Counted from the stretch's first letter, positions 50,798 to 62,283 are shown. The stretch is DNA of 64,000 nt from Cyanobacteriota bacterium (GCA_046045965.1 JBJOKS010000024.1:1-64000), one strand, 5' to 3'. Numbers and translations are program-made. The notes: generated by a model not told the origin, from the sequence alone.

Positions 50798-51340
50798 TTA
50801 GAATCTTTCTGTCTCCTGATTTGGTGCAACTGCTCCCGGTTGAGACAAGAAGAAATTTTGAGCAGATTCATTCTGATATATACACCTAATATCTGGATTT
50901 TCACTGTCTAAATTACCCGTAAAGCCAAAAGTATTCAGGCGATTTTTACATTCCCTCACCTGATCTGATGTGACAAGTTTTTTGTTTTCTAAAATTGCCC
51001 AGTTATTTTGACGGATCACACATCCAGGACGAATATTCGGCTGGGCAACATAGACATTAAACGGATTAAGAGTTACAAACAATCTCGCATCCATCACCAT
51101 CGCGCTGGCTCCATACTGCACGCAAATTTCAGGGTTTGGGGCTTTAGTATCAATAAACTCACGGGAAGCCACATTGGATGGGCTTAATGTGCTTGTAGAA
51201 CTAAAAGCAATACCAATCCCAATTCCCAAAATCAACACCCCTCCCAAAATTGCAATAGTAGTGAAGTTAAATAAAGGGGATTGGAAAACAGAGGGTTTAG
51301 GAGTAGTAGCAGCTGATCTACCAGTAGATTTACGTCTCAT
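50798..51340 (-). CDS. DUF3172 family cyanobacterial membrane protein
   Basis: TM helix, then NVASREFID..APNPEICVQYGASA..D.RLFVTLNPF. Confidence 0.8.
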   Translation of the reverse strand: MRRKSTGRSAATTPKPSVFQSPLFNFTTIAILGGVLILGIGIGIAFSSTSTLSPSNVASREFIDTKAPNPEICVQYGASAMVMDARLFVTLNPFNVYVAQPNIRPGCVIRQNNWAILENKKLVTSDQVRECKNRLNTFGFTGNLDSENPDIRCIYQNESAQNFFLSQPGAVAPNQETERF

Positions 51341-51550
51341 TTTTGCTTGTTCACCTTCATGCCAACTTGAGAGGGAGTAGTTTGTTTTCTCCCTACTTCA
51401 GTATGACGATTATTAAGGAAAATTGTCCCATATTTTCCATCTAATTCTTATAACTCTTGTGGAGTGGGCATCTTGTCCGCATAAATAATGTAATACTAAG
51501 TGAATACTCTAAAAAACCGAAATAAACGCTTACTTTATAACTCTGACTAA

Positions 51551-52009
51551 ATGACCCAGCCTTCTAATATTCGTCAACTGTTAACTGATGCCAAGCTAGG
51601 ACTACTACCATATCTAGACAACCGTATCAATGAGATAGCCAACTCCTGGCAGCAACTAGAAAATCTGTGCTTAGAGCCTTATGATATTGAATTGGGAGAA
51701 TGCAACACCATAGCCGCAAACGAACCCAGACCTCTAATTACTCAGTCAGTTTCCCTCAGATGCTATATCACAGGTAGCACCAAAGATAAATTAGAACTCT
51801 TACTTTTAGCTTCTGAATTACAAAATTCCCTAGACGCAACCATATTTGAATGGAGTAACCGTGAGTGGTATCAATTCGAGAAACCATTGAGGCGGCCAGT
51901 AACACAAATTACAGGTGGTTTAGATTACGAACTGCGAGAAAATCCTGAACACTCTTGCCGTCTGGCTATTTATCGAGAATTTGATTTAATCTACACTATC
52001 AGCTTTTGA
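51551..52009 (+). CDS. Orphan hypothetical protein, 152 aa
   Basis: Stand-alone ORF between DUF3172 and ndhN; no family recognised. Confidence 0.65.
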   Translation: MTQPSNIRQLLTDAKLGLLPYLDNRINEIANSWQQLENLCLEPYDIELGECNTIAANEPRPLITQSVSLRCYITGSTKDKLELLLLASELQNSLDATIFEWSNREWYQFEKPLRRPVTQITGGLDYELRENPEHSCRLAIYREFDLIYTISF

Positions 52010-52072
52010 AGCCCCTACAATCAGAGTCAGCAGTCAGTCAGAAAAAACTGACAACTGACAACTGACTAGTGA

Positions 52073-52549
52073 CTAACTAGCTAACAGAGTTTTTTCTAGA
52101 GGAGTCCAGCGGAAATAGCGATCGCCACCTCGTTCAATTACCACCTTGACCCGTGGTTCTAACTTCGGCAAATTCGCTAAATACTCCACTTCCTGATCAG
52201 AAAGAATATATCCCTCAATAATCCACAACAGTAGACCCTTAGACTTGGGTGGTAGCTGTTCCAGATGAGAACTGATCATAGGTGGTAAATAATACACCTC
52301 ACCCACCGCAGCACCGCTACCAGTGCTTTTTTTACCCAGATGAGGAGGTCTTACACCATGAACTCTTGTCAGATAGGCAGCAACATCTCCTAGTCCTCTA
52401 GCTGTAATGTGAAGGTTGGTGTAGCCAGCAGCCCGTAATCGACGGCGATACCGACCTTCATAGCCTCCCTCCAAAGGAACATATACACCCAGAGCGCCAA
52501 ATTTCTCCAAATCCCGGATTAAACCGTTGCCAGTGGTAATTAGTGCCAT
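52073..52549 (-). CDS. ndhN: NAD(P)H-quinone oxidoreductase subunit N
   Basis: MALITTG..LIRDLEK.GALGVYVPLEGGYEGRYRRRLR, HGVRPPHLGK. Confidence 0.96.
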   Translation of the reverse strand: MALITTGNGLIRDLEKFGALGVYVPLEGGYEGRYRRRLRAAGYTNLHITARGLGDVAAYLTRVHGVRPPHLGKKSTGSGAAVGEVYYLPPMISSHLEQLPPKSKGLLLWIIEGYILSDQEVEYLANLPKLEPRVKVVIERGGDRYFRWTPLEKTLLAS

Positions 52550-52713
52550 AGATTTTCGTCTTATTCCACTTAGATATCTCTATTATTCACCTTTTGATGG
52601 TAGATTAAGTTGGATTAAGGCACAGAATTTTAGCAAAACTCGGCATTGAACGCAGGTAAGTTGCTAATTTTCCACGTTTTTATCCTCCCAGGAAAATCTG
52701 CCCATTAAACTAC

Positions 52714-52742
52714 TAGACAAAAACAAATTAATGATTTATATT
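52714..52742 (+). promoter_or_regulatory. Candidate sigma70-type promoter of the ribosomal-protein operon
   Basis: TAGACA-N17-TATATT. Confidence 0.5.
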
Positions 52743-52747
52743 ATTAG

Positions 52748-53470
52748 ATTGTGACCAAACAGTAAAATTAGGTAGCTCTCTAAATTTAGCAATCTCAACC
52801 AGTCAGAGCATCAAAATTTGATGAATTGGAATTTTCAAAAGAATAATCTGGTAAAAATGCACAAGAGACTGCTAAACTAAAAAAGCTTTCAGGTCAAAAT
52901 TAGAAGCTAATGGCTATTAACCCAAAGCCAAATTAAAGCTTCCTGCCACCGTTCACTCCCGCAGCCCCTAAAAAAAGGCAAAACCTCAAACATCAAGTTT
53001 AAGGTATTTATGAAGTAGAACCTGAAGAGTAAGTTTCAGGAAACGGATACTGAGTGGTAATGTCCACTTAAGTCCTACTACAACCGGAGAGTGCCAGAGC
53101 AATCGCTTGGACGAAAGCATTGCTGCACAAAGAGCAAAGCAATAACGTCTTGATTGATTTCCGAAGTAACGCCTTTTGATCACAAAGGTAATTATTACTG
53201 TTTAGCGCATTTGGCTAGAGCTGGAAAAGTTGTCGAGAGAGAACCGTTGTCATGCTCCCGTTAAAGCAAGAAGTAAAGTCTAGACTTGTCTAGGTTTTAT
53301 ATAGCAGTGAAAAAATAAACGGATTAACCAAAAAGTAGGGAAACAGTTTGTTGCGTCATTAAGAATTTGCACTGTCTAACGCCAGTCCAAATTTGGGAGG
53401 AAATTCCCGCCCAAAACGACGCAGACAAAGCTTGTCCCCAGTCCGATTCCAAGGTCAGCAACTAGATAAG
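52748..53470 (+). ncRNA. Candidate long structured leader RNA upstream of rplC
   Basis: Many nested complementary segments (see findings); no convincing ORF. Confidence 0.45.
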
Positions 53471-53484
53471 GAGAACCAGTTACT

Positions 53485-54123
53485 GTGTCTGTAGGTATTC
53501 TCGGCACCAAGCTGGGCATGACCCAAATCTTTGACGATGCAGGAAGAGCTATTCCTGTCACCGTCATTCAAGCCGGGCCATGCACTGTTACACAAGTTAA
53601 AACAAAACCGACCGACGGTTACTCTGCCATCCAAGTTGGTTATGGCGAAGTTAAACCCAAGGCGTTAAATAGACCACTGCTAGGACACTTAGCAAAATCA
53701 TCCGCCCCAGCATTGCGGCACTTGAACGAATATCGCACCGATGCTTCAGGTGATTATGCTTTAGGTCAAGAAATTAAGGCAGATATTTTTAGTGCAGGTC
53801 AAATTGTCGATGTAATCGGTACAAGTATCGGTCGTGGTTTTGCAGGCAACCAGAAGCGTAACAACTTCGGTCGCGGTCCCATGTCTCATGGTTCCAAAAA
53901 CCACAGAGCGCCCGGTTCCATCGGTGCTGGTACAACCCCTGGTCGTGTTTATCCCGGAAAACGGATGGCAGGACGCTTGGGAGGTACTCGTGTCACAATT
54001 CGCAAACTAACCATAGTGCGAGTAGATGCAGAACGCAACCTCATATTAGTTAAGGGTGCTATTCCTGGTAAACCAGGTGCATTAGTGAATGTTGTACCCA
54101 CAAATAAAGTTGGTAGTAAATAG
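53485..54123 (+). CDS. rplC: 50S ribosomal protein L3
   Basis: [39 protein letters not shown] start with AAGGAG. Confidence 0.98.
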   Translation: MSVGILGTKLGMTQIFDDAGRAIPVTVIQAGPCTVTQVKTKPTDGYSAIQVGYGEVKPKALNRPLLGHLAKSSAPALRHLNEYRTDASGDYALGQEIKADIFSAGQIVDVIGTSIGRGFAGNQKRNNFGRGPMSHGSKNHRAPGSIGAGTTPGRVYPGKRMAGRLGGTRVTIRKLTIVRVDAERNLILVKGAIPGKPGALVNVVPTNKVGSK

Positions 54124-54178
54124 TTTTAGTTGTTTAGCTGTCAGCGTCAACTGACAACTGACCACTGACAAAGGACAC
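54124..54178. repeat. STRR heptamers
   Basis: TGTCAG followed by ACTGACA/ACTGACC units. Confidence 0.7.
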
Positions 54179-54182
54179 AAAA

Positions 54183-54815
54183 ATGGTTGAGAGTGTAGTT
54201 AAGAATTGGCAAGGAGACCAAGTTGGCCAGACCAGCTTTGAGTTGCGAGTTGCCAGAGAAGAAACAGCGGCGCATATAGTACACCGCGCCCTTGTCAGAC
54301 AAATGACCAATTCTCGCCAAGGTACAGCCAGCACCAAAACCCGTTCTGAAGTACGTGGTGGTGGTCGCAAACCTTGGAGACAAAAAGGCACAGGACGCGC
54401 TCGTGCAGGTTCTATTCGTTCACCCCTATGGCGTGGTGGTGGTGTAATCTTTGGACCAAAACCCAGAGACTTCAACATCAAGCTCAACCGTAAAGAGCGA
54501 CGTTTAGCACTGCGGACAGCCTTCGTCAGTCGCGTAGAAGATTTAATAGTTGTAGAAGAATTTAGCAACGAACTACAACGCCCCAAAACCAAGGAAATGG
54601 TAGCAGCATTAGCCCGTTGGGGAGCAGCACCAGAACAAAAATCCTTGTTAATTTTGGCTGAAATGGCAGAAAACGTAATTTTGTCAGGCCGCAATATCGA
54701 GAATTTAAAAGTAATTGCAGCTGATCAATTAAATGTTTACGATTTACTGCACGCTGACAAAATCGTTGTCACACCATCAGCGTTAGAAAAAATTCAGGAG
54801 GTCTACAGTGCCTAA
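54183..54815 (+). CDS. rplD: 50S ribosomal protein L4
   Basis: [33 protein letters not shown]. Confidence 0.98.
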   Translation: MVESVVKNWQGDQVGQTSFELRVAREETAAHIVHRALVRQMTNSRQGTASTKTRSEVRGGGRKPWRQKGTGRARAGSIRSPLWRGGGVIFGPKPRDFNIKLNRKERRLALRTAFVSRVEDLIVVEEFSNELQRPKTKEMVAALARWGAAPEQKSLLILAEMAENVILSGRNIENLKVIAADQLNVYDLLHADKIVVTPSALEKIQEVYSA

Positions 54816-55122
54816 CTTTGACCCCCGTAACCTAGCCGACTTAGTGCGTCGTCCAATTCTCACCGAAAAGGCGACAATCATGATGGAGCAAAACAAATAC
54901 ACATTTGAAGTAACTCCCAAATCGACAAAGCCAGAAATTAGAGCAGCAATTGAAGACTTGTTTCAAGTCAAAGTTGTCAAAGTCAATACCTCCTTACCAC
55001 CACGCAAAAAGCGCCGAGTTGGTAAGTTTATCGGCTTTAAGCCCCAATACAAGCGAGCTGTTGTCACCATCGCCACTGGGGATGCAGAAAAAATCAGACA
55101 AGTTCTCTTCCCAGATGTTTAA
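54808..55122 (+). CDS. rplW: 50S ribosomal protein L23
   Basis: [26 protein letters not shown]. Confidence 0.97.
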   Translation: MPNFDPRNLADLVRRPILTEKATIMMEQNKYTFEVTPKSTKPEIRAAIEDLFQVKVVKVNTSLPPRKKRRVGKFIGFKPQYKRAVVTIATGDAEKIRQVLFPDV

Positions 55123-55250
55123 GAATTTTAGATTTTAGAATTGATGAATTTATATTGGGCTGGTAAAAACTCGCCAAGAAACAATTAAAAATCACCAATC
55201 GAAATCAATAAAATTCTCAATTTTCCATCGAAAATCCGAAATTCAAAATT
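55123..55250. repeat. STRR inverted arrays
   Basis: TTTTAGA units, then AAAATCC/AAAATTC-like units. Confidence 0.65.
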
Positions 55251-55254
55251 ACTT

Positions 55255-56118
55255 ATGGGTACTCGTTCTTATCGCCCTTATACCCCCAGTACTCGCCAAG
55301 TTACAATCTCCGACTTTGCGGAAATCACAAAAACTGAGCCAGAAAAATCACTGACTGAATCAGTACATCGTCCCAAAGGTCGGAATAATCAAGGGCGGAT
55401 AACCAGCCGTCGTCGGGGAGGCGGACACAAGCAACTTTACCGGATTATCGACTTTAAGAGAGATAAACGGGATATTGCCGCTACAGTTACAGCAATTGAA
55501 TACGATCCTAACCGGAATGCGCGAATCGCCCTGGTTGTATATGAAGATGGCGAAAAACGCTATATTTTACATCCCAATGGCTTGAAAGTAGGCGCAACAA
55601 TTATTGCTGGCGTTGAAGCTCCTTTTGAAGATGGTAACGCCTTACCTCTGTCTAAGATTCCTTTGGGTACTAATGTTCACAACGTGGAAATGACTCCAGG
55701 TAAAGGCGGTCAAATTGTCCGTGCAGCCGGAGCAACAGCCCAAGTTGTGGCTAAAGAAGGTAATTATGTAACTCTTAAGTTACCTTCTGGTGAAGTTCGC
55801 ATGATTCGCCGTGAATGTTACGCCACCATTGGACAAGTAGGCAACACTGACGCAAGAAACCTAAGTGCTGGTAAAGCCGGACGGAATCGCTGGAAGGGTC
55901 GTCGTCCCAAGGTCAGAGGTAGCGTCATGAACCCCGTTGATCACCCACATGGTGGTGGTGAAGGTAGAGCGCCCATCGGTAGATCGGGACCTGTGACACC
56001 TTGGGGTAAACCAACTTTGGGTGCTAAAACCCGCAAGCGCAAAAAAGCAAGCACTAAATTAATTGTCCGTCGCCGTCGTAAATCTTCTAAACGCGGTCGC
56101 GGTGGTCGTCAGTCTTAG
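55255..56118 (+). CDS. rplB: 50S ribosomal protein L2
   Basis: [24 protein letters not shown]. Confidence 0.98.
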   Translation: MGTRSYRPYTPSTRQVTISDFAEITKTEPEKSLTESVHRPKGRNNQGRITSRRRGGGHKQLYRIIDFKRDKRDIAATVTAIEYDPNRNARIALVVYEDGEKRYILHPNGLKVGATIIAGVEAPFEDGNALPLSKIPLGTNVHNVEMTPGKGGQIVRAAGATAQVVAKEGNYVTLKLPSGEVRMIRRECYATIGQVGNTDARNLSAGKAGRNRWKGRRPKVRGSVMNPVDHPHGGGEGRAPIGRSGPVTPWGKPTLGAKTRKRKKASTKLIVRRRRKSSKRGRGGRQS

Positions 56119-56256
56119 AATTTTAGATTTTAAATTTTGGATTTTAGATTCGGTCTCCTTGTAGGCATCCAAAATTCGAGAAGTCTGAGCAAGAAACCTA
56201 ATTATCCAAAATCCGAAATTCTCAATCCAAAATCAAAAATCCAAAATCCAAAATTA
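56115..56256. repeat. STRR inverted arrays
   Basis: (TTTTAGA/TTTTGGA)n, then (TCCAAAA)n. Confidence 0.8.
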
Positions 56257-56260
56257 AACT

Positions 56261-56539
56261 ATGGGTCGTTCTCTAAAAAAAGGTCCTTTCGTTGCTGATC
56301 ACTTACTCAGTAAGATCGAAAAACTGAACGCTAAAAACGAAAAGCAAGTTATCAAAACTTGGTCAAGAGCCTCGACAATTTTACCCATGATGGTAGGCCA
56401 TACCATAGCTGTTCACAATGGAAAACAGCACGTTCCAGTTTTTGTGAACGAGCAGATGGTAGGACATAAATTGGGAGAATTTGCCCCAACCAGAACCTAC
56501 AGAGGTCATGGGAAAAGTGACAAAAAATCGGGGAGATAG
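56261..56539 (+). CDS. rpsS: 30S ribosomal protein S19
   Basis: [26 protein letters not shown]. Confidence 0.98.
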   Translation: MGRSLKKGPFVADHLLSKIEKLNAKNEKQVIKTWSRASTILPMMVGHTIAVHNGKQHVPVFVNEQMVGHKLGEFAPTRTYRGHGKSDKKSGR

Positions 56540-56599
56540 TCATTAGTCATTAGTCATTAGTCATGAGCTAAGAACAAATGACCAATGACAAATGACCAA
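56537..56599. repeat. STRR inverted arrays
   Basis: (TAGTCAT)x4, then AATGACC/AATGACA units. Confidence 0.85.
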
Positions 56600-56612
56600 A
56601 ACGGAGAAAATT

Positions 56613-56975
56613 ATGGCAACTGATACTACAGAAGTTAAAGCGATCGCTCGTTATATCCGCATTTCTCCCTACAAAGTGCGTCGTGTACTTGACCAAATCC
56701 GGGGACGGTCATATCGGGAAGCACTCATAATCCTGGAATTCATGCCTTACCGAGCTTGTGAACCAGTATTAAAGGTGTTAAGAAGTGCCGCCGCTAATGC
56801 TGAACATAACGCCGGCTTAGAAAGGGCGGAACTAATCATTACTCAAGCTTATGCTGACCAAGGTCCAGTTCTAAAACGGTTCCAACCCAGAGCGCAGGGA
56901 CGAGCTTACCAAATTCGCAAGCCGACGTGTCATATAACTGTCGCTGTCGGTGCTGGTGCTACTGCTGCTAAATAA
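56613..56975 (+). CDS. rplV: 50S ribosomal protein L22
   Basis: [26 protein letters not shown] at 56603 favours ATG 56613; the track start lies inside an STRR. Confidence 0.97.
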   Translation: MATDTTEVKAIARYIRISPYKVRRVLDQIRGRSYREALIILEFMPYRACEPVLKVLRSAAANAEHNAGLERAELIITQAYADQGPVLKRFQPRAQGRAYQIRKPTCHITVAVGAGATAAK

Positions 56976-57030
56976 GCAAAATACAGACACAACTAATTGC
57001 GTACAGTAAGAAATTTTAGAGGAAGCATTT

Positions 57031-57786
57031 GTGGGACAGAAAATTCATCCAGTCGGTTTCCGTCTGGGTATTACACAAGAACATCAATCCCGTTGGTTTG
57101 CGGTTCCTGATCGTTATCCAGAACTGCTACAGGAAGATCACAAACTCCGTAAATACATAGAACAAAAACTGGGTAAATCCGCTCAAAACAATGCCGGTAT
57201 TTCCGAAATCCGGATTGAGCGCAAAGCTGACCAAATCGACCTAGAAGTAAGGACAGCCAGACCAGGTGTTGTAGTAGGTCGGGGTGGACAAGGTATAGAA
57301 TCGCTGCGTACCGGACTCCAAGAAATGCTGGGCAGCAACCGCCAAATTCGCATTAACGTAGTTGAAGTTCAACGAGTTGATGCTGATGCCTACTTGATTG
57401 CGGAATACATTGCTCAACAACTAGAACGCCGTGTTTCCTTCCGTCGTGTAGTTCGCCAAGCTATTCAACGCGCCCAAAGAGCAGGAGTTCAAGGGATTAA
57501 GGTTCAAGTCGGTGGTCGGCTCAACGGTGCGGAAATTGCCCGGACAGAGTGGACACGTGAAGGCAGAGTACCTTTACATACCTTACGGGCTGATATTGAC
57601 TATTCTTGCTGCACAGCGCAAACAGTTTACGGCATTTTGGGCATCAAGGTTTGGGTATTTAAGGGAGAAATTATTCCTGGACAGGAAGAAACTCCAGCCC
57701 AACCAACAACAAGGGATCGCGAACCCCGTCGCCGTCAACAACAACGCCGCCGCCAGCAATTTGAAGATCGCTCAAATGAAGCGTAA
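57031..57786 (+). CDS. rpsC: 30S ribosomal protein S3
   Basis: [36 protein letters not shown]. Confidence 0.98.
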   Translation: MGQKIHPVGFRLGITQEHQSRWFAVPDRYPELLQEDHKLRKYIEQKLGKSAQNNAGISEIRIERKADQIDLEVRTARPGVVVGRGGQGIESLRTGLQEMLGSNRQIRINVVEVQRVDADAYLIAEYIAQQLERRVSFRRVVRQAIQRAQRAGVQGIKVQVGGRLNGAEIARTEWTREGRVPLHTLRADIDYSCCTAQTVYGILGIKVWVFKGEIIPGQEETPAQPTTRDREPRRRQQQRRRQQFEDRSNEA

Positions 57787-57787
57787 T

Positions 57788-57887
57788 AGGTGACAGGTGA
57801 CAGGTGACAGGTGACAGGAAAAAGCCAATTACCGATTACCAATCACCGATTACCAATTACCAATCACCGATTACCAATTACCAATTA
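57788..57887. repeat. STRR arrays
   Basis: (GGTGACA)x4, then TTACCAA/TCACCGA units with a 21-bp higher-order repeat. Confidence 0.85.
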
Positions 57888-57894
57888 GCAAACC

Positions 57895-58320
57895 ATGTTA
57901 AGCCCTAGAAGAACGAAATTCCGCAAACAGCAACGCGGACGCATGGAAGGTCTGGCAACCCGTGGCAGCACCCTCAATTTTGGCGATTTTGCCCTACAGG
58001 CACAAGAACCAGCGTGGATTACCTCCCGGCAAATAGAAGCTTCCCGACGAGCCATGACTCGTTATATTCGCCGGGGTGGTAAAATCTGGATTCGGATATT
58101 CCCTGATAAACCTGTCACCATGCGTCCCGCAGAAACCCGGATGGGTTCTGGTAAAGGTAATCCAGAATTTTGGGTAGCTGTCGTCAAACCAGGACGGATT
58201 TTATTTGAAATCGCTGGTGTTTCCGAAGAAATAGCCCGTGAAGCTATGCGATTGGCTGCTTATAAGTTGCCCATTAAAACCAAGTTTATTGTGCGCTCTC
58301 AACCACAGGAGCAGGAGTAG
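57895..58320 (+). CDS. rplP: 50S ribosomal protein L16
   Basis: [18 protein letters not shown]. Confidence 0.98.
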   Translation: MLSPRRTKFRKQQRGRMEGLATRGSTLNFGDFALQAQEPAWITSRQIEASRRAMTRYIRRGGKIWIRIFPDKPVTMRPAETRMGSGKGNPEFWVAVVKPGRILFEIAGVSEEIAREAMRLAAYKLPIKTKFIVRSQPQEQE

Positions 58321-58323
58321 GTC

Positions 58324-58551
58324 ATGCCTCTTCCCAAGATTTCAGAAGCCAGAGAATTAAGTGATGAAAAGCTGTCTGAGGAAATAGTCGCTGTTAAAAG
58401 ACAACTATTTCAGCTGCGCTTGCAAAAAGCCACTAGACAGCTAGAAAAACCCCATCAGTTCAGACACGCCCGTCATCGTCTCGCCCAACTGCTGACAGTA
58501 GAAGGAGAACGCCAACGGGCCGCAAGTCAATCGACTCAGGAAGAAAAGTAG
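58324..58551 (+). CDS. rpmC: 50S ribosomal protein L29
   Basis: LFQLRLQKATRQLEKPH; operon position. Confidence 0.96.
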   Translation: MPLPKISEARELSDEKLSEEIVAVKRQLFQLRLQKATRQLEKPHQFRHARHRLAQLLTVEGERQRAASQSTQEEK

Positions 58552-58557
58552 GAGATT

Positions 58558-58809
58558 ATGGCAGTCAAGGAACGAGTTGGCTTGGTAGTGAGCGATAAAA
58601 TGCAAAAAACAGTGGTAGTCGCTGTGGAAAACCGCGCTCCTCACCCCAAGTACGGCAAAATCGTAGTTCGAACCCGGCGCTATAAGGCTCACGATGAAGA
58701 TAATCACTGCAAAGTGGGCGATCGCGTGCGTATTCAGGAAACTCGACCCCTGAGCAAAACCAAGCGTTGGCAAGTTACAGAAGTTCTCAACGCTAAAGCT
58801 ACAACATAA
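58558..58809 (+). CDS. rpsQ: 30S ribosomal protein S17
   Basis: [29 protein letters not shown]. Confidence 0.98.
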   Translation: MAVKERVGLVVSDKMQKTVVVAVENRAPHPKYGKIVVRTRRYKAHDEDNHCKVGDRVRIQETRPLSKTKRWQVTEVLNAKATT

Positions 58810-58852
58810 ATAGTTGTTATCAAATTAACAACTCTATCCGGGAGACTAAGTT

Positions 58853-59221
58853 GTGATTCAACCCCAAACTTATCTGAATGTCGCAGATAATAGCGGTGCC
58901 AAAAAACTAATGTGTATCCGCGTATTAGGTGCAGGTAATCGCCGCTACGGTGGTGTAGGCGATAAAATTATCGCTGTTGTTAAAGAGTCAAATCCCAACA
59001 TGGCTGTAAAAAAGTCTGATGTTGTGGAAGCTGTAATTGTCCGCACCAGGAAAAGTATTAATCGTGACAGTGGCATGAGCATTCGTTTTGATGATAATGC
59101 CGCAGTCATCATCAACAAAGATGGTAATCCCAGAGGTACACGGGTGTTTGGACCTGTAGCACGGGAATTACGCGATAAAAACTTTACCAAAATAGTTTCT
59201 CTCGCGCCGGAGGTGCTGTAA
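58853..59221 (+). CDS. rplN: 50S ribosomal protein L14
   Basis: [27 protein letters not shown]. Confidence 0.98.
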   Translation: MIQPQTYLNVADNSGAKKLMCIRVLGAGNRRYGGVGDKIIAVVKESNPNMAVKKSDVVEAVIVRTRKSINRDSGMSIRFDDNAAVIINKDGNPRGTRVFGPVARELRDKNFTKIVSLAPEVL

Positions 59222-59568
59222 TGGCAAAGCCACAACCGAAAGTTTTCCATAAAATGCACGTCAAAACAGGCGACACTGTACAAGTGATAGCTGGTAAAGA
59301 CAAGGGTAAAGTTGGTGAAGTAATTAAAGCATTACCACAACTGAGCAAAGTCCTTGTCAAAGGTGTGAATATGAAAACAAAGCACGTTAAACCTCAGCAA
59401 GAAGGGGAGTCTGGGCAGATAGTTACCCAAGAGTATCCCATTCATAGCTCTAACGTCATGCTCTATTCCACCAAGCAAAACGTCGCTAGTCGAGTCTGCT
59501 ACACTTTCACCGCTGAAGGCAAGAAAGTGAGAATGCTCAAAAAAACAGGCGAGATACTCAACAATTAA
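59221..59568 (+). CDS. rplX: 50S ribosomal protein L24
   Basis: [25 protein letters not shown] overlap with rplN. Confidence 0.98.
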   Translation: MAKPQPKVFHKMHVKTGDTVQVIAGKDKGKVGEVIKALPQLSKVLVKGVNMKTKHVKPQQEGESGQIVTQEYPIHSSNVMLYSTKQNVASRVCYTFTAEGKKVRMLKKTGEILNN

Positions 59569-59636
59569 AAATTAAAAATTAAAAATTAAAAATTAACATT
59601 TCCACTTTTTAATTTTTAATTCTGAATTTTTAATTG
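59564..59636. repeat. STRR inverted arrays
   Basis: (TTAAAAA)x4, then (TTTTTAA)n. Confidence 0.85.
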
Positions 59637-59684
59637 GAGCAAAGCGACCCTGACCAAGCCCAGGGATAATAAGGACAAATTACT

Positions 59685-60233
59685 ATGGCGACAACCAGAC
59701 TCAAAAATTTATACCAAGAGACAATTGTCCCCAAACTAACCCAACAGTTTCAATACACCAACGTACATCAAGTACCTAAATTGGTGAAAATTACTGTTAA
59801 CAGGGGTTTGGGAGAAGCTGCTCAAAATGCTAAAGCATTAGAAGCATCTTTAAACGAAATTGCAGTGATCACTGGTCAAAAACCAGTAGTGACAAGGGCA
59901 AAAAAAGCGATCGCTGGCTTTAAAATTCGTCAAGGTATGCCTGTTGGCATTATGGTGACTCTCAGGGGCGAACGGATGTACGCCTTTCTCGACCGACTGG
60001 TTAGCCTAGCATTACCTAGAATCCGCGACTTTCGCGGTATTAGCCCCAAAAGCTTTGACGGACGGGGTAACTATACTCTAGGTGTAAGAGAACAGCTAAT
60101 TTTTCCAGAAGTCGAGTACGACAGCATCGATCAAATCCGTGGTCTAGATATTTCTATCATCACCACAGCGAAAAACGACGAAGAAGGGCGTGCTTTACTC
60201 AAAGAAATGGGAATGCCCTTTCGCGATCAATAA
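59685..60233 (+). CDS. rplE: 50S ribosomal protein L5
   Basis: [30 protein letters not shown]. Confidence 0.98.
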   Translation: MATTRLKNLYQETIVPKLTQQFQYTNVHQVPKLVKITVNRGLGEAAQNAKALEASLNEIAVITGQKPVVTRAKKAIAGFKIRQGMPVGIMVTLRGERMYAFLDRLVSLALPRIRDFRGISPKSFDGRGNYTLGVREQLIFPEVEYDSIDQIRGLDISIITTAKNDEEGRALLKEMGMPFRDQ

Positions 60234-60253
60234 GTTCATCTAAAGAGGGAACG

Positions 60254-60655
60254 ATGGCGGCTAACGACACAATTGCAGATATGCTGACGCGCATCCGCAA
60301 TGCTAACCTGGCAAGGCATCAAACTACACTAGTGCCAGCCACAAAAATGACTCGTAGTATTGCCAAAGTACTACAGCAAGAAGGCTTTATTGCTGAAATT
60401 GCGGAATCAGGAGAAGGGATAAAGCGTAACCTAGTAATTTCATTGAAATACAAAGGTAAAAATCGTCAACCCCTAATCACAGCCTTGAAGCGAGTGAGTA
60501 AACCAGGTCTGCGCGTTTACTCCAATAGAAAAGAATTACCCAGAGTATTAGGTGGTATCGGTATCGCCGTTATTTCTACATCCAGTGGGATTATGACTGA
60601 CCGCGAAGCGCGTCGTCAGAACTTGGGTGGTGAAGTGCTTTGCTACGTTTGGTAG
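60254..60655 (+). CDS. rpsH: 30S ribosomal protein S8
   Basis: [30 protein letters not shown]. Confidence 0.98.
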   Translation: MAANDTIADMLTRIRNANLARHQTTLVPATKMTRSIAKVLQQEGFIAEIAESGEGIKRNLVISLKYKGKNRQPLITALKRVSKPGLRVYSNRKELPRVLGGIGIAVISTSSGIMTDREARRQNLGGEVLCYVW

Positions 60656-60744
60656 TCGTCAATAGTCAACAGTCAGTTCCACCTAAAACTGACAACTGAC
60701 AACTGACAACTGACAACTGACAACTGACAAAGGACAAAGGACAA
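60656..60744. repeat. STRR arrays
   Basis: AGTCAAC units, then (ACTGACA)x6 and AAGGACA units. Confidence 0.85.
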
Positions 60745-60753
60745 AATTAAGTC

Positions 60754-61302
60754 ATGTCTCGTATTGGTAAACGTCCAATTACTGTTCCCGCCAAAGTACA
60801 AGTGGCGATTGATGGCACAAAGGTAGTAGTCAAAGGTCCTAAAGGAGAACTTTCTCGCGAACTACCTGCTCATGTCATCGTTTCTCAAGAAGGGGAAACA
60901 TTGCTGGTAACTCGTCGGGATGAAACCCGTACATCAAGGCAAATGCACGGTTTAAGCCGTACCTTGGTTGCCAACATGGTCGAAGGAGTTTCCCAGGGTT
61001 TTCAACGTCGCTTGGAAATTCAAGGGGTAGGTTATCGCGCCCAAGTTCAAGGACGTAACCTAGTGTTGAACATCGGTTATAGCCATCAGGTACAAATTGA
61101 GCCACCAGAGGGAATTCAGTTTGCTGTAGAAAATAACACTAATGTTATCGTTAGTGGCTATGACAAGGAAATTGTAGGTAACACAGCAGCTAAAATCCGT
61201 GCCGTTCGTCCACCAGAACCATACAAAGGTAAAGGCATTCGCTATGCCGGTGAAGTGGTCAGACGCAAAGCTGGTAAGACTGGTAAGGGTGGTAAGAAGT
61301 AA
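60754..61302 (+). CDS. rplF: 50S ribosomal protein L6
   Basis: [22 protein letters not shown]. Confidence 0.98.
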   Translation: MSRIGKRPITVPAKVQVAIDGTKVVVKGPKGELSRELPAHVIVSQEGETLLVTRRDETRTSRQMHGLSRTLVANMVEGVSQGFQRRLEIQGVGYRAQVQGRNLVLNIGYSHQVQIEPPEGIQFAVENNTNVIVSGYDKEIVGNTAAKIRAVRPPEPYKGKGIRYAGEVVRRKAGKTGKGGKK

Positions 61303-61304
61303 AC

Positions 61305-61667
61305 ATGAAACTTACTCGTAGAGAATCAAAACAGCGTCGTCATCGGCGCGTGCGTGGTAAAGTCAGCGGTTCCCCAGAACGCCCACGCCTAGCTGTATTT
61401 CGCTCCAATGAGCATATTTATGCTCAATTGATTGATGATACACAGCATCAAACCATCGTAGCTGCATCAACCGTAGAACCAGAGTTGAAATCTAACTTAG
61501 CTTCTGGAGCTAACTGTGATGCCTCAGCGCAAGTTGGTAAGTTAATAGCAATGCGTTCATTAGAAAAAGGCATCACCAAAGTCGTTTTTGATCGCGGTGG
61601 CAACCTCTATCATGGTCGCATCAAAGCACTAGCTGAAGCAGCACGCGAAGCTGGTTTAGATTTCTAA
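61305..61667 (+). CDS. rplR: 50S ribosomal protein L18
   Basis: [22 protein letters not shown]. Confidence 0.98.
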   Translation: MKLTRRESKQRRHRRVRGKVSGSPERPRLAVFRSNEHIYAQLIDDTQHQTIVAASTVEPELKSNLASGANCDASAQVGKLIAMRSLEKGITKVVFDRGGNLYHGRIKALAEAAREAGLDF

Positions 61668-61671
61668 AGTC

Positions 61672-61740
61672 ATCTGTCAGGGAACAGGGAACAGTAATAA
61701 CTGACAACTGATAACTGACAACTGACAACTGACAACTAAC
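61672..61740. repeat. STRR arrays
   Basis: CAGGGAA x2, then (ACTGACA/ACTGATA)x5. Confidence 0.8.
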
Positions 61741-61758
61741 GTTGAGAGAGCATTGATT

Positions 61759-62283
61759 ATGGCAACGGGTCGTCGTAAAGCAAACAAAGCAAAAAAAGAA
61801 GAAACCAACTGGCAAGAGCGGGTAATTCAAATCCGCCGTGTTAGTAAGGTGGTAAAAGGTGGTAAAAAACTCAGCTTCCGGGCAATTGTAGTCGTTGGTA
61901 ACGAACGCGGCCAAGTTGGTGTGGGAGTGGGTAAAGCTTCTGATGTCATTGGTGCTGTGAAAAAAGGTGTCGCCGATGGTAAAAAACATCTGATTGACAT
62001 TCCTATTACCAAATCTAATTCTATCCCCCATCCCATTGATGGTATCGGTGGAGGAGCTAAGGTCATGATGCGTCCAGCAGCACCTGGTACAGGGGTAATC
62101 GCCGGTGGTGCAGTACGGACTGTCTTAGAGTTGGCTGGAGTACGTAACGTTCTCGCCAAACAATTAGGCTCTAATAATCCTCTGAATAATGCTAGAGCCG
62201 CTGTTAATGCTCTATCTACACTGCGGACATTTGCAGAAGTCGCTGAAGATCGGGGCATTGCCATCGAGAATCTCTATATTTAG
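61759..62283 (+). CDS. rpsE: 30S ribosomal protein S5
   Basis: [25 protein letters not shown] at 61759. Confidence 0.98.
   Translation: MATGRRKANKAKKEETNWQERVIQIRRVSKVVKGGKKLSFRAIVVVGNERGQVGVGVGKASDVIGAVKKGVADGKKHLIDIPITKSNSIPHPIDGIGGGAKVMMRPAAPGTGVIAGGAVRTVLELAGVRNVLAKQLGSNNPLNNARAAVNALSTLRTFAEVAEDRGIAIENLYI

Noticed and set aside
52986..53183. 65-aa minus-strand ORF in the rplC leader
   Set aside because: No RBS or recognisable motif; the region is better explained by RNA structure.
54124..61740. Heptamer arrays or 42-bp arms as a CRISPR array
   Set aside because: There is no constant repeat with unique ~30-40 bp spacers, and no cas genes.
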